A model generated the notes under the pieces. The model saw nothing but the letters and a program-made list of their open reading frames with translations, had not been told where the DNA came from and did no database searches. From a virus, in IMG/VR virus record IMGVR_UViG_3300020196_000016, positions 18,595 through 82,594 of that record: 64,000 nt of DNA, one strand, 5' to 3'. The translations under genes were made by a program, and so were the position numbers. Each line of letters starts with the position of its first letter. Positions within the stretch are counted from its first letter, which is position 1. Shown piece after piece: positions 39,790 through 50,979 of the stretch.

Positions 39790-40307
39790 ACCTCACCAAC
39801 ACTTTCTTGTTTTAACAAATGCTTTTTTATAAAGGTTTGATTTTCTTTTAAGGAAACCCAACGCAAATTTTCTATATTGTTATTAAGTGGATTGTTATCA
39901 ATGTGATCTACAACACAACTTTCTCTTATGAATTTTCTCGCACTTTCTGGTGTGATATCCCATTCATTTTTTGGAATAGGAGGATAATCATCAATAGATT
40001 TAAATGTTTCTATTACAAGTCTGTGAACTGAAATAGTAATTCTACAAGTTTTAGCTTTCTTACTTTCTCTTCTATATTCAAAATCTTGATATAGATCGAT
40101 AGGTATACACAGAGCTATTGATTGTCGAGCACCCTTAAAAGAACCTTTTCCAGTTGGAACTTCATTTTGTTTTTTTAAAACAAAACCTTTTTTATTCCTA
40201 ATCCTACCAAGATTAGAAACTTCATATCCCGGTAATACTTTTTTATTCTTTATTGCCGGTTTCCATATTTCTTCTTCACTTATTAGTGTCTGTGCTGCCA
40301 AATCCAT
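39783..40307 (-). CDS. NUMOD4-HNH homing endonuclease
   Basis: EIWKP...YEVSNLGRIR, VHRLV, VDHIDNNPLNN...NLRW. Confidence 0.92.
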   Translation of the reverse strand: MDLAAQTLISEEEIWKPAIKNKKVLPGYEVSNLGRIRNKKGFVLKKQNEVPTGKGSFKGARQSIALCIPIDLYQDFEYRRESKKAKTCRITISVHRLVIETFKSIDDYPPIPKNEWDITPESARKFIRESCVVDHIDNNPLNNNIENLRWVSLKENQTFIKKHLLKQESVGEVC

Positions 40308-40773
40308 TGCTACCTCTGCTACTTATAGCGATATTATCCCGATAAAGTTCGGCGCTGTCAACTGAAATCGGACGAACATGGATTACTGGAAATAATACCG
40401 CTTGTGCGATTTTATCACCGGGTTTAATCATTTGTGGATTTCTTCCAACATTATGTAGGATAATCACAACTTCTCCATCATATCCGGGATCAATTACACC
40501 ACCACCAACAAGAAGTTCTTTTTTAGAACTTACACTACTGCGGTTCTTGATTTCAAGACAAAAACCATGTGGAACAGCAAATCGCAGTCCTGTTCGTAAT
40601 TTCATGCTTTGACTCGGCATGATTACAATACTTCCAGCTGGCATATTCTTTTCTTCATTATGTTCGCCTAATTTTACATCGGGAGAAAAGAAAAGATCCA
40701 ATCCAACATCACTTGGATTTGCTCTGGTTGGAGGAAAAACATTATCGTGAACTACGGCATATTCTAATAGCAT
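40276..40773 (-). CDS. dut: dUTPase
   Basis: GLDL, NRSS, GVIDPGYDGE, GDKIAQ, RGSNGFGST. Confidence 0.95.
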   Translation of the reverse strand: MLLEYAVVHDNVFPPTRANPSDVGLDLFFSPDVKLGEHNEEKNMPAGSIVIMPSQSMKLRTGLRFAVPHGFCLEIKNRSSVSSKKELLVGGGVIDPGYDGEVVIILHNVGRNPQMIKPGDKIAQAVLFPVIHVRPISVDSAELYRDNIAISSRGSNGFGSTDTNK

Positions 40774-41142
40774 TACCATTCTCCCTTCTTAAATTCCATA
40801 TTGTAAAGACCAAAATCTTCGCTAACGCGAACAAGCATAACAACTGGTTTACATTCATATAAAAGTGTTGAAAAATCAATACCCATCATATTTTCACTAA
40901 CAACTTCTTTTTCTGCTTCCATGCGTGCCTTTCTAATTCCAGCAAACAAAATATCGTTCATGAATTTTCCACCTTCTTTTTAAGTTCAGAACACATACGA
41001 TTTAAATTTTCAATATTTCGCATATGTGATTGTGGATCAATATATTGCGGAGAAGTGAGAGCATAATTATATGCTTTCATTGTTCTATCGACATTAATAA
41101 AAAATGAGAGTAGCTTTTCTTTTAATTCTTTATCCATTTATT

Positions 41143-44100
41143 TCACCCAATTAGTTTAAATGATTTACCGATAGACCTTGTGCTAAATCCCCAATCTTCC
41201 TGATAGTCAAGTTTTGCGACGTATGGATGATTGAGGTGGATTACGTCCTTCTTTGGATCATAACTCCAACATTTAATTTTTGTTACGATGTTTGTTTCAT
41301 CAATCGCTTCTACAATCAAATAATGTTTTCCATTCTTTGTTGTTTTCTTTTCAAGACCTTTTGGAATAAACCAGCAAATACCAAGTTCCGCATCATATTC
41401 TCCAAGTGGCGGAACCATCTTTTCAGCAAGTTTCTTTTGGACTTCGTCCGATACAATCATATTGATAGGATACACACCTGTCAACTCCAAAGTGTTGAGA
41501 ATTTTTTCGTCTCTTGTAAAATCTCCTTCGGGAGCATAAGTTTTAATATTCTCTGTGAGATTATCTGGCTTGCGAGGACGATCAACAGCAATAGCAGACC
41601 AAAAATGTTTTGCTCCAGTAAAACGACTATCCATTAAGGATACAAGAGCTTCGCTGCGGCAAAGAGCATCAACATTCTTTTTATTTAGTTTACTATAACT
41701 GATTCGTGGATGAAAAAGGAATTCTTCAATCGTCTTGAAAGGACGATGATCCAGAATTTCTTTAATCGCAGCATCACCTACACCTTTAATAGCTGAAAGC
41801 GGCTGTATTAAGGTTTTTCCATCTTCACTAATCTCCCATACATTTCCGGACTTATTTACATCAACCGGCTGAACGATAAATCCAGCAGCTTTTACAATAT
41901 TTACTGCTTTTTCTTTCTTGCTATCCGGCTGACTATCGAGATAAGCAGCAAGCCATTCACTTGGATAATAGTTATACAACCAAGCACATTGGAATGAAAT
42001 AATAGAATAGGAAACGGCATGAGATTTATTAAAGCCATAGCCAGAGAAGTAAATAAACTTCTGCCATAGTTTCTCACCAATCTCTTTACCAAGTCCCCTA
42101 TCTATACAACCATTAATAAACTTGTCGTGTAGCTTTTCTTTTACTTCTGCTTCTTTTCCTGTGCCTTTCTTGGTCAATACTTTTCGGAGAGAGTTGCCCT
42201 CGTCAAGAGAAATATCACGACCAAGTTTATGAGCGAGAAGAGCAATTTGTTCTTGGAAGACGAGATATCCATATGTTTCGCTTGTCGCCTCTTTGATTAG
42301 TTCATGTTCGTATACAACATCGTCAGGATTATGCTTGCTTTCAGCAAATGATTTATCAACACCGGCTGAAAGTGGACCGGGACGGAAAATAGAGGTAATA
42401 GAAGAAATATCAACGATATTATTTGGTTTTACACGCTGACAAAAATTCTGTGCTCCACTTTCTGTGAATTGGAATACGCCAGCCCATTTACCGGCATGAA
42501 AGATATTTTCATACACATTCTTGTCGTTCATATCAAGAACATCTGGATGTAGATTTTTCATATAGAAATCTTTTACATCGTTGAATGTTGGATTCTTGAT
42601 ATTCTTGTGGCGACGAAGAATATGTTGAACACATTTCTCAATCATGTTAAGAGTTTCAAGACCAAGAACGTCAAACTTAATAAAACCCATAGGTTCAAGG
42701 TGACGGACGTTTTGACCTTCACTCCAAGGTGTTTGACGAACACCCTTGCTATTGATTAGTGGCATCCATTCATCAAGATTTTCACCAACTACAATACCGC
42801 CAGCATGACGAGAAGCTGAACGGATTGAACCATGTAGCTGTTCAATATGTGTCTTAATGTGTGGATATGTAGAGAGGAATGTTTGAAGGCTTGGCGAATA
42901 TTTCATCACTTCTTCAAATGTTGGATTATAAATACCAGCAGTAATTCCATGCTCCGCTTTCGCAAGTGGTGTAGCTTCAAGCAACATTTTGTTCGTTACG
43001 GCATTTACTTCTTGGAAATCAACACCATAGAACTTACTAATATCCTTGATAAGTGAACGCAGTTGTAGTGTATTCCAATTTGTAATTGGAACAACATTAT
43101 TCTGACCCCATTCATCAATAAGGTTCTGCTTTAATCCCATCGCATCGCTTACATCATAATCAATGTCGGGATAATCTGTTGCTGTTTTGGAAAGAAAACG
43201 CTCAAATTGGAGTCCGTGCTTAATTGGATCAACTTGTGTAATTCCAAGAACATAAGATACAAGAGCACCAGCAGCAGAGCCACGACCGGGACCAGTAATA
43301 TAACTTTGATTAGCGCGATCAGAAATCGCTTTCATGGTCAAGAAATATTTAGCAAATCCACGTTCCTTGATCACATCAAGTTCACGCAATAGCCGATCAT
43401 GATATTCTTTATTACTCCACTTTTTCATATCTCGCAAACCTGCTTCGGCAAGTTCATCAAGCACTTGTTCAGCAGTTTTATCTTTTGGAAGAATAAAGTT
43501 TGGAAGACGAACAGTATTATCTGGAATAAAGTTTTCAATACGATTGTGGGCGATATTCCATGTTTCCTCAATTGTATTGAGGATGAAAGCATCATCGTAT
43601 TTTACACCACACTTGGCTGAATACTTTTTATACGCTTCCCACATCTGATCGCCATTCTTGGGATATAGAGTATATTCCATATCATCAACGCTATCAGGAA
43701 GTGCAGTATCCATATTCTTGCTACCAAGAAAGCCAAGTTTCTTATAGATTTCTCGGTCTTTCCAAGCACCGGGAGTTGGATAATGACTATCTCCAGTAGA
43801 AATAACTTTGATACCGAATTCTTCACAAATTCGGATAATCAATTTATTCAATTTATGCTGTTCCTGGATACCATTCCATTGAACTTCGCCATACCAACGA
43901 TCACCAAAAATATCAATCATCTTGCGTGATGTTTCACGCATAGCATTTAAAACAACATCTTCGCCATTTTCCCAGTTTTCCCAAAAGTCATTAGCATACA
44001 CTCCACCCAAACAGGCAGAGGCGGCAATAATACCTTCATTATATTTCTTTAGAAGTTCATAATCAATACGAGGAAAACGATAATAGTTTTCATCTGAAAA

Positions 44101-44599
44101 ACTCTTTGAAATAAGAGTGAAAAGATTGTTTAGACCTTTCTGGTTCTGTGCGAGAAGGACGAGATGAGAACGCCGATTGAGAACACTCTTTTTAGTCTTC
44201 TTTGTCTCTTCTTCGTTTTCAACGATTGCGCCTGTGATCTCCTCGTCCTCTTTTTTGCTTTTTGTTGTTTTTTCAATTTCTTCCTTATCTTTCCGCCATT
44301 GGGCAATAGATGGATGAAAGTACATTTCACAGCCATAAATTGGCTTGAAATCCTTTTCTTCCTTTTTCATCTTCTTGGCATGAAGAACTTGATATGAAAG
44401 TCCATTCATATTTCCGTGATCGGTTAGTGCGAGAGCATCCGAACCATTAGAATATGCGAAATCCATATGTTCATCTGGATAACCCAGACCATCAAAAATG
44501 GCACCATTAGGAAAAGCCCGAGTGTGCGTGAAGTCCAACGAACTTGATACGCGAAACGAGCTTTTCCTTGATGCCTCCTTTCTCGTTAATAGGGGACAT
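41143..44599 (-). CDS. dnaE: DNA polymerase III alpha subunit, 5' end interrupted by 10 extra nt (44500-44509)
   Basis: GAGGT RBS and ATG at 44599 give ...FVGLHAHSGFS-stop; the +1 frame continues IFDGLG...LTDHG, GRGSAAG, PDIDYD, KFDVLGL, YGFNKSH. Confidence 0.93.
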
Positions 44600-44617
44600 A
44601 TATTTAACCTCTTTTGT

Positions 44618-44803
44618 TTATTTAACTACGGGAAAATATTTTGTGTTTGGATATATTTTAAACATATGATCTAATTCATAAGTCCAAAGTTTCATGCTAC
44701 GTTTATCTGCTTGTAGCACAATATACTTCTTTTTTTCTCGGCTCACAATAGTCCAAACAACGCCATTGTGGACGATAACATCCCCAACTTGATATCTGGA
44801 CAT
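44618..44803 (-). CDS. GDL...PVVK family small protein
   Basis: MSRYQVGDVI...TKYFPVVK. Confidence 0.85.
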   Translation of the reverse strand: MSRYQVGDVIVHNGVVWTIVSREKKKYIVLQADKRSMKLWTYELDHMFKIYPNTKYFPVVK

Positions 44804-45188
44804 TATACTTCGCTTTTGCCAGACCAGTCAATAGTAAGAATTTGTGTTTTGTGATTGGTCACAACAAAAAATTCTTTGTACTTTGTTTTAAACTCTTTTG
44901 CTAATTCAAAAAAACATGCTTTACTCAATTTGCTGCAATCATACTCAAAAGTATTTTTGCCTTGAGCAGCATATTTTTTTATGTAACGAGCCATATCATT
45001 AATGTATAGAGGAATATTCTTTAATTCGCTTTGACTAATTGGCTTTTCAGCTACAATAAGTGCTTGACGAGCTTTTTTTGCTGTTTCTTTGATTTTATCA
45101 AAGTCAAGATCGTCCTCCATTGTTGGAGTGCGAGCCATTAACTTTTTTTCTTCTACTGTTGCCATTTCCATAATTCCTCCAAAAGTAA

Positions 45189-46124
45189 TTACTCTTCTAA
45201 GTCGGCTTTATCCACAGCAACTGGACTCCATTCATGATATTTAAAGAACTTTGGCCTATATACTAATTTACTGTTTTCGGAACGCATAAATTCTTGATAG
45301 TTTTTCCACGAATCTATGCGCGAATACCATGCGGTTTGACCCACGTTGTTGCCCTCAAGTGTAGCACATCCGAACACCTTGTCAAGCGGGAAGGAACGAG
45401 CACTATATTGTTCTGATGCTGGAATATACTCTTGTGTTATACGTCGTGTTTGTTCATTGAATACAACATTTTTATACATTCCTGTGCCTTCACTTCTTAT
45501 AACTCTGCGAAATTTTTTAAAATCTTCTTTATCAAAGGTAAATGGTAAATATTCACCATCACGAACAGTTCTACCGTCGTGCTCCATATAAAAATTACTT
45601 GGAGAACTTATCAAAGAACGATTTTGATAGATTGAATCAAGTGAAACAATACCATATGGAAATGAGACAAAATATTTGTCTGGAACAATCCAAGAACTAA
45701 TTGTTTTTGAAATATGAAATGCACGTAACGAACCATATATAACACTCCATGCTAAACAGTCTCTACGCTCACGATCTTTTGGATGAATTGGCACATAATA
45801 TATCGATGTTTCTTTTACTTGATGTTGTGCCATTCGCTCTTTAAATCTTGATTGCAAGAGAGAACCATATTCGAAAATCCAATCACCTATACGGTCGCGT
45901 AAAATGGGCTGCATTTCACGATGAGCAACGATCCATATGCTTTCACAACCAGCATAGGTACATTGAAGGACGGCATTTTCTACTGCTGTTAAATTATCAG
46001 CAACTGGCATAAGACAATCATGCCATGGAAATTTAAAGTCAAGTTTTTGACCTGCTACTGGAATAATACCTGCGAGATGAAAAGCTGTAACGTCTTTTTT
46101 ACCATCTTGTATATCAGTCAACAT
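45189..46124 (-). CDS. Nucleotidyltransferase-like (GT-A) hypothetical protein
   Basis: LAGIIPVAG...CLMPV...AGCESIWIV resembles the N-terminus of sugar-phosphate nucleotidyltransferases. Confidence 0.5.
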   Translation of the reverse strand: MLTDIQDGKKDVTAFHLAGIIPVAGQKLDFKFPWHDCLMPVADNLTAVENAVLQCTYAGCESIWIVAHREMQPILRDRIGDWIFEYGSLLQSRFKERMAQHQVKETSIYYVPIHPKDRERRDCLAWSVIYGSLRAFHISKTISSWIVPDKYFVSFPYGIVSLDSIYQNRSLISSPSNFYMEHDGRTVRDGEYLPFTFDKEDFKKFRRVIRSEGTGMYKNVVFNEQTRRITQEYIPASEQYSARSFPLDKVFGCATLEGNNVGQTAWYSRIDSWKNYQEFMRSENSKLVYRPKFFKYHEWSPVAVDKADLEE

Positions 46125-46872
46125 AAGGGCTTCCTAGCATATCTGTAATCTTTTTCATTTGATCGCTTTTTGTTTCTTTTCTTTCAATCAAAATTTTATC
46201 TTCTTGTTCTCGTGTATCAAAAATATATTCACGCTTTAAAGTTGTTGTTTTTAATCTGTGGGTTCTACAACCTTTTTTTAATTGTTCTACTCTACCAACA
46301 ATACCATTTTTTTTCAAGACGTCTTCTGTTTTCATTCTCGCAACAACAATCCCATATTCTTCACTATTAAGTTGCGCTTGTGTAAGCGAGGAGATAGAAA
46401 CAATATCAGACATTCGTTCATTAATCATAGTATAAAAACTATTGATAAAATCTTCATTAGTTTTTATGTTATTTATTGTTTGTATATTTGATGATTGTAT
46501 ATTTTCTAATTTTATATAATCAAATACACGCAGCTTTTCTGTTGGCTGAATTTCATCGTATCTAAATATATTTTTATACTGGATTTCTACTTTATAAGCT
46601 GTTTTACCAAAAATAGTTATCTTTTTGTCTTCGTCTAAACGATAATTACCAGCTTTTAAACCTATTGGATTTAAACCAGCATATGAAAGATAATAACTTA
46701 ACTTGCTCCATATTCTTTCTTTATTGGAGCCGCGTGGATCATTGTCCAAGTGAAAAGGAATTTGAGGGTTTACCATTATTAGTGGTATTCCCTCAACATA
46801 ACTATGAATAAGTGCTTCTAATGTTCCGCCGAGAACTATTGTGTCGTATTCAAGTTTTTCTAACTTATACAA
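46114..46872 (-). CDS. Degenerate FAD-binding Rossmann-like hypothetical protein
   Basis: YDTIVLGGTLEAL N-terminus. Confidence 0.45.
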   Translation of the reverse strand: MYKLEKLEYDTIVLGGTLEALIHSYVEGIPLIMVNPQIPFHLDNDPRGSNKERIWSKLSYYLSYAGLNPIGLKAGNYRLDEDKKITIFGKTAYKVEIQYKNIFRYDEIQPTEKLRVFDYIKLENIQSSNIQTINNIKTNEDFINSFYTMINERMSDIVSISSLTQAQLNSEEYGIVVARMKTEDVLKKNGIVGRVEQLKKGCRTHRLKTTTLKREYIFDTREQEDKILIERKETKSDQMKKITDMLGSPYVD

Positions 46873-46880
46873 TCTACACC

Positions 46881-47477
46881 TTATCGTATCTTTTCAAATT
46901 TATCTTGTTTTTCTTTTTCACCAGAGAAAAATATAGCAACATTATGTAGTTTTTTTGAACTATCACTTCCTACATCATGCCATCTTTTCATAAATTCGTC
47001 AATAGAAACAATGCCGACTTTATTGTAGAGTGATGGATCTCGTATATATAAAGTTTTTTCATCGATGCCAATTAGAACAGCATAATGGCCATCTTTCCAA
47101 TCTTTTTCCCATTTTGGGCTCTTTTCATCTGACCATGCTTGAAAATTTAATATAACAGGATTTCCAGCATTAATAGATTTTTTTAATTCTGATATATCTG
47201 TATTTTCTTTAACTCTGCAGTTAAGACCATGTTTTTTTGCAACTTCTTTTATTTTTGCTAAAGAAGTGCCGTCTTGACTATTTGTGTTAAGTTCTTTTGA
47301 TAGTTCTTTTTCGTTCTTTTCATATAAATCATAAAATGATAAAATTGCAAGCAAACTTGCCGAACCACAACTATAATCGTTAAATTGGCGTATATCTGGA
47401 ACATCAAGAAGTTTTGGTTTCTTCTTTGGTTCTTTTTCTTCTAAAAATCTACGCCATTCAGTTAAAAATTCTTTCAT
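46881..47477 (-). CDS. C39-family cysteine peptidase with virion-type leader
   Basis: QFNDYSCG, DGTS, GHYAVLIG, RDPS. Confidence 0.88.
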   Translation of the reverse strand: MKEFLTEWRRFLEEKEPKKKPKLLDVPDIRQFNDYSCGSASLLAILSFYDLYEKNEKELSKELNTNSQDGTSLAKIKEVAKKHGLNCRVKENTDISELKKSINAGNPVILNFQAWSDEKSPKWEKDWKDGHYAVLIGIDEKTLYIRDPSLYNKVGIVSIDEFMKRWHDVGSDSSKKLHNVAIFFSGEKEKQDKFEKIR

Positions 47478-47480
47478 AAA

Positions 47481-47747
47481 TTAAATAGACTTTTTATTTT
47501 TATAAAGATATTTGTAATAGCCAATTATAGATAAAAGAATAAGATTAAAAACATAATTTACAATAAGAGGCAAAGAATAACGTTCAAACCATACATAAAT
47601 TATTGTAAATATTTCACCAAAAAACCATAACCAAAATAGACCATGACTAAAGCCGTCAGCATGTTTTTGTTTTAAAGTATCAATAACTTGTGGCAAAGCA
47701 CAGATAGCAAAACAAAAACTTCCTAACCAACCAATTACTTCCATCAA
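47481..47747 (-). CDS. PQ-loop / SemiSWEET-like membrane protein
   Basis: IGWLGS...ALPQV, three TM segments, PLIVNY. Confidence 0.85.
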   Translation of the reverse strand: MMEVIGWLGSFCFAICALPQVIDTLKQKHADGFSHGLFWLWFFGEIFTIIYVWFERYSLPLIVNYVFNLILLSIIGYYKYLYKNKKSI

Positions 47748-48805
47748 TAATTTACCTCAATATAATCAGTTTTACAAGGATTTCCATCGCCATAAAAAAA
47801 TTTTCTTTTTGTTGGTAAAAATATTACTGAAAACACTGTTGCACTTTCATTTTTATCTTTTGTATGCCGACAAAGACCACCTTCGCCATGAGAAGATAAA
47901 ATCTCTTTCATTTTATCAATTCGCATATCTTCTTCTAAATCTTCGCCCATGCCAATAGCTTTTTTCAATCTTTTTATTGAATCTTTTAATGACTTTCCTT
48001 CACGACCTTCTTTTGATTTTAACCAAAGAAAATGATTGGTATGAACATCAACTCCATCTTTATGATTTACTTTTTTTTCTTTTTCTGCACTACCCTCAAG
48101 TGTTATTATTTTACCGGTTTCATCGCTAACAACATTAGCAAATGCACTTGCACGTTTTGGATGAAGCAATAAAGATTCTGCCTCTTTTAATGTTTTAGAA
48201 AATAAAGCTTCCATATAGAGCATCATTCTTGGAATACCTGGTGTTGTATCGTTTGCGTCGACTTGACAACCAGAAAAAACAAGACCAACATTGTTTACAC
48301 CAATTGAAGGTACACCTCTAGTAAAAGAAGCATATATTGTTGGTTTATTTTTTATTTCTAATTTTATTAATCTTGAACCATCTCCTGGTCTTTCATCATT
48401 ATTGTGACCCATAATAACGTTATCACCGTCTTTAACAAAGACATCGGTGCAACCTTCGTCTTTTAATTTAGTTTTATCTTTTTCTTTTGCAAACCACAAT
48501 TCTTCATACCACATACCAAATGCTTCATCTGGTTTTATTTCAGCACCTTCTGCTAAACCTTCAATAAATTCATATGTAATCGGAGTATGCTGTTTAGAAA
48601 GTTTTTTACCTTTTTCCATCCAATCACTAAAATCTTCTATTAGTTTTTCAATTTTATAAGCTTTAACTGCATTGTTTATCTGTTTTTTAAGTATTTTACC
48701 AATAGAAGAGCCAGCTTCATGTGCTGAAGCTGATTTAATTTCTTTTAATGGTCTTGTTTTACCTTCTTTTAAGAATTTACGCCATTCAGTTATAATTTCT
48801 TTCAT
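47744..48805 (-). CDS. C45-family Ntn-hydrolase peptidase with virion-type leader
   Basis: EGCT autocleavage site, GHNND, GVNNVGL, HTNHF, LSSH...LCRH. Confidence 0.88.
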   Translation of the reverse strand: MKEIITEWRKFLKEGKTRPLKEIKSASAHEAGSSIGKILKKQINNAVKAYKIEKLIEDFSDWMEKGKKLSKQHTPITYEFIEGLAEGAEIKPDEAFGMWYEELWFAKEKDKTKLKDEGCTDVFVKDGDNVIMGHNNDERPGDGSRLIKLEIKNKPTIYASFTRGVPSIGVNNVGLVFSGCQVDANDTTPGIPRMMLYMEALFSKTLKEAESLLLHPKRASAFANVVSDETGKIITLEGSAEKEKKVNHKDGVDVHTNHFLWLKSKEGREGKSLKDSIKRLKKAIGMGEDLEEDMRIDKMKEILSSHGEGGLCRHTKDKNESATVFSVIFLPTKRKFFYGDGNPCKTDYIEVNY

Positions 48806-48813
48806 AACTCTAA

Positions 48814-49437
48814 TTAGAGTCCAAAAGCAGCTAATGTATGCTCAAATTCTCCACATTCTTTTACAAGTTTCAACATTTCTTGTGCGATTTCGCGAATTTC
48901 TACTTGTGCTGCCTCATCATTACGCAGACGCTGGAAATGTACAAATGAACGCATATTGAACATTACATCAAATGTAAGCTGTGTTGCATATGGAAGATAA
49001 AAACGAGCACTTTCTTTTGCTCGCTTACGACCAAGTGTTGGTGTTAGACGAGTGAGAGCAGCGTGATATTTTTCTAAACTTTGTATACAATGATTTTGTA
49101 ATAGAAGCTGTTCGTGATTTGGCCAATCATCGGGAACATAATATTTATCGTCTTTTAGTTCTTTATATCTCGCACTCTCACAGTTGATAGAAACACCAAT
49201 ACGGTGTTTCAAAAAATGAATATGGCTTGCGATTTCGGCTGTTACGAGAAAGTGAATTGATGACTTTTCAAATGGTGTTTCATGACCGTTTTCAGCAAGC
49301 ATTTTCAATAGTGCTGGAATACGGTTTTGTTTTTCTTCTGTTAATTCACGAGAAGTGGACGTCCAGGCCGACATTGCATGAGAACTGTCGCTTCCATAAG
49401 TTCCAATAAGTTCAATGGTGTTTGTTCTATTTATCAT
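48814..49437 (-). CDS. thyX: Flavin-dependent thymidylate synthase
   Basis: HETPFE, KHR...SARY, ESARFYLP, NMRS, AQVEIR. Confidence 0.93.
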   Translation of the reverse strand: MINRTNTIELIGTYGSDSSHAMSAWTSTSRELTEEKQNRIPALLKMLAENGHETPFEKSSIHFLVTAEIASHIHFLKHRIGVSINCESARYKELKDDKYYVPDDWPNHEQLLLQNHCIQSLEKYHAALTRLTPTLGRKRAKESARFYLPYATQLTFDVMFNMRSFVHFQRLRNDEAAQVEIREIAQEMLKLVKECGEFEHTLAAFGL

Positions 49438-49716
49438 TTTTTCCTCTTATTTTCTAGGACTTTCATGGCTTCTTCCATACTATAAAGCCAATTCATTCTA
49501 TAGTGAGCTTCTCCCATAGCAATACTATAGGCAACATAGAACTCATCTTTATGTGTCTTTCTATTTTTAATATAAATTCGCAAGGTATCATATGGTACTC
49601 TTAAATACCAACGATAACGCCATAGTTTAACATACCACTTTTGATCTTGGAAGCGATTACTCATTCTTGCAGTAAGACCACCATGTGGTGGAGATGAAAC
49701 TTTATTTATGAGTTCT

Positions 49717-50301
49717 TTAAACTTTTTTCTTTGTTTTGGAGTCATATTCAGAGTATTCCCAAAATATTTGTTCATTTCTTTTATAAAATTTTAAATTATC
49801 TGTATTTTGTTTATCAATAAAATGTTTATCTTCTAAAGTAAAATAATTGTTTGGAAGAAGAGCAAATTGACCATTATCCAAATTTATTAATGATAGCGGT
49901 TTGTGTTCTTGTGGATATCTAGAATATCCATCCGACCAATCAATTACGATTCCGGTGTGCCTTCCCGGCACATCGCATTTAAAAAGATTGACTTTTAAAC
50001 CGTCAAGAAACTGTAAATGATTTGAAGTTATATTTTCTCCCATACCTCCCCATGGTTCTAGGATATTTTTATCTTCATTGTTTTCTACTTTTTCTTTTGT
50101 TGATAAAGCAAATAATGGTAATCCAGTCCAATGTGCCCCTGTCTCTAGCACAACATGTGTTAACATGTGTTGTCCTGGTTTAGAATAAAAAGAATGTAAA
50201 ATACATTCAGTTTTGCCGCTTGGCATTTTTTCACCAAGATAACAATTATCTACATAACAATAAAAATGATAAGGTAAACTTACATGGTGACTTATTTTCA
50301 T
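49717..50301 (-). CDS. Hypothetical phage protein
   Basis: LETGA.W.GLP..AL, QEHK...L.L.NGQFALLPNN motifs. Confidence 0.7.
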   Translation of the reverse strand: MKISHHVSLPYHFYCYVDNCYLGEKMPSGKTECILHSFYSKPGQHMLTHVVLETGAHWTGLPLFALSTKEKVENNEDKNILEPWGGMGENITSNHLQFLDGLKVNLFKCDVPGRHTGIVIDWSDGYSRYPQEHKPLSLINLDNGQFALLPNNYFTLEDKHFIDKQNTDNLKFYKRNEQIFWEYSEYDSKTKKKV

Positions 50302-50543
50302 TTCTTTCTCACCGGCATATACTTCCAGGTTCCATCACCGATCCACTTATTCATCTCTTCCAAAGTATAATAATCACCTGCAGCTGGATTCGGGTTTAGC
50401 CAAAATACTCCATACATTGTTCTATATTTGATATCTTTAGAGTATTCTTTATCTGTATTGATATCATATATATATCCAATATTTTCTACGCCTTTTTCGC
50501 TGTAGTCAAGTACTAAGTCCCCTAAATTTGGTTTCTTTATCAT
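50298..50543 (-). CDS. GDL...PV family small protein
   Basis: PNLGDLV...WKYMPVRKK. Confidence 0.8.
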   Translation of the reverse strand: MIKKPNLGDLVLDYSEKGVENIGYIYDINTDKEYSKDIKYRTMYGVFWLNPNPAAGDYYTLEEMNKWIGDGTWKYMPVRKK

Positions 50544-50819
50544 ATTTATTCTGCAGTTCTTTTGCTAAGGATAAGAGATTTTTTATTACCTCTGCTCCTT
50601 GTGTTGTTATGTCTCCATCTTGAAGCAGATGAGAACAAGCAACATCAACAACGTACAAGAACTCTTTTAAAGAGTCAAGATCTTTTTTGAGGTTTTCGTT
50701 TTCTTCAAGAAGAAAGTTATACATTACACTCATCCGGCGGGCCTCTTTTCAAGTTTCCAAACGATATAACTTCCCATATTATTATCTCCTTAAAAAGCAC
50801 GATCCGTGGTGCTCTGGCG

Positions 50820-50848
50820 AGCATACCACGGACCAAGCGAGTGATCAA
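50820..50848 (-). promoter_or_regulatory. Sigma70-type promoter overlapping an inverted repeat
   Basis: TTGATC-17bp-TATGCT; TCCGTGGT...ACCACGGA repeat spans the -10. Confidence 0.7.
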
Positions 50849-50979
50849 ACGAGCAGAAGGAGTTAGTTTATTTCTTTCCTTCTTTCTTAGCTTTTTTCTT
50901 TTCTTGTTTTTCTTTTGTTGTTAGTTTTTGTTTATTGTTTTTATTAGTTTTTTCTTGACCTTTACCCATATATTTCTCC

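Noticed and set aside
44500-44512. Stop-codon reassignment as the explanation for the dnaE break
   Set aside because: Readthrough of TAA stays in the wrong frame and meets TGA shortly after; all three stops are used normally elsewhere.
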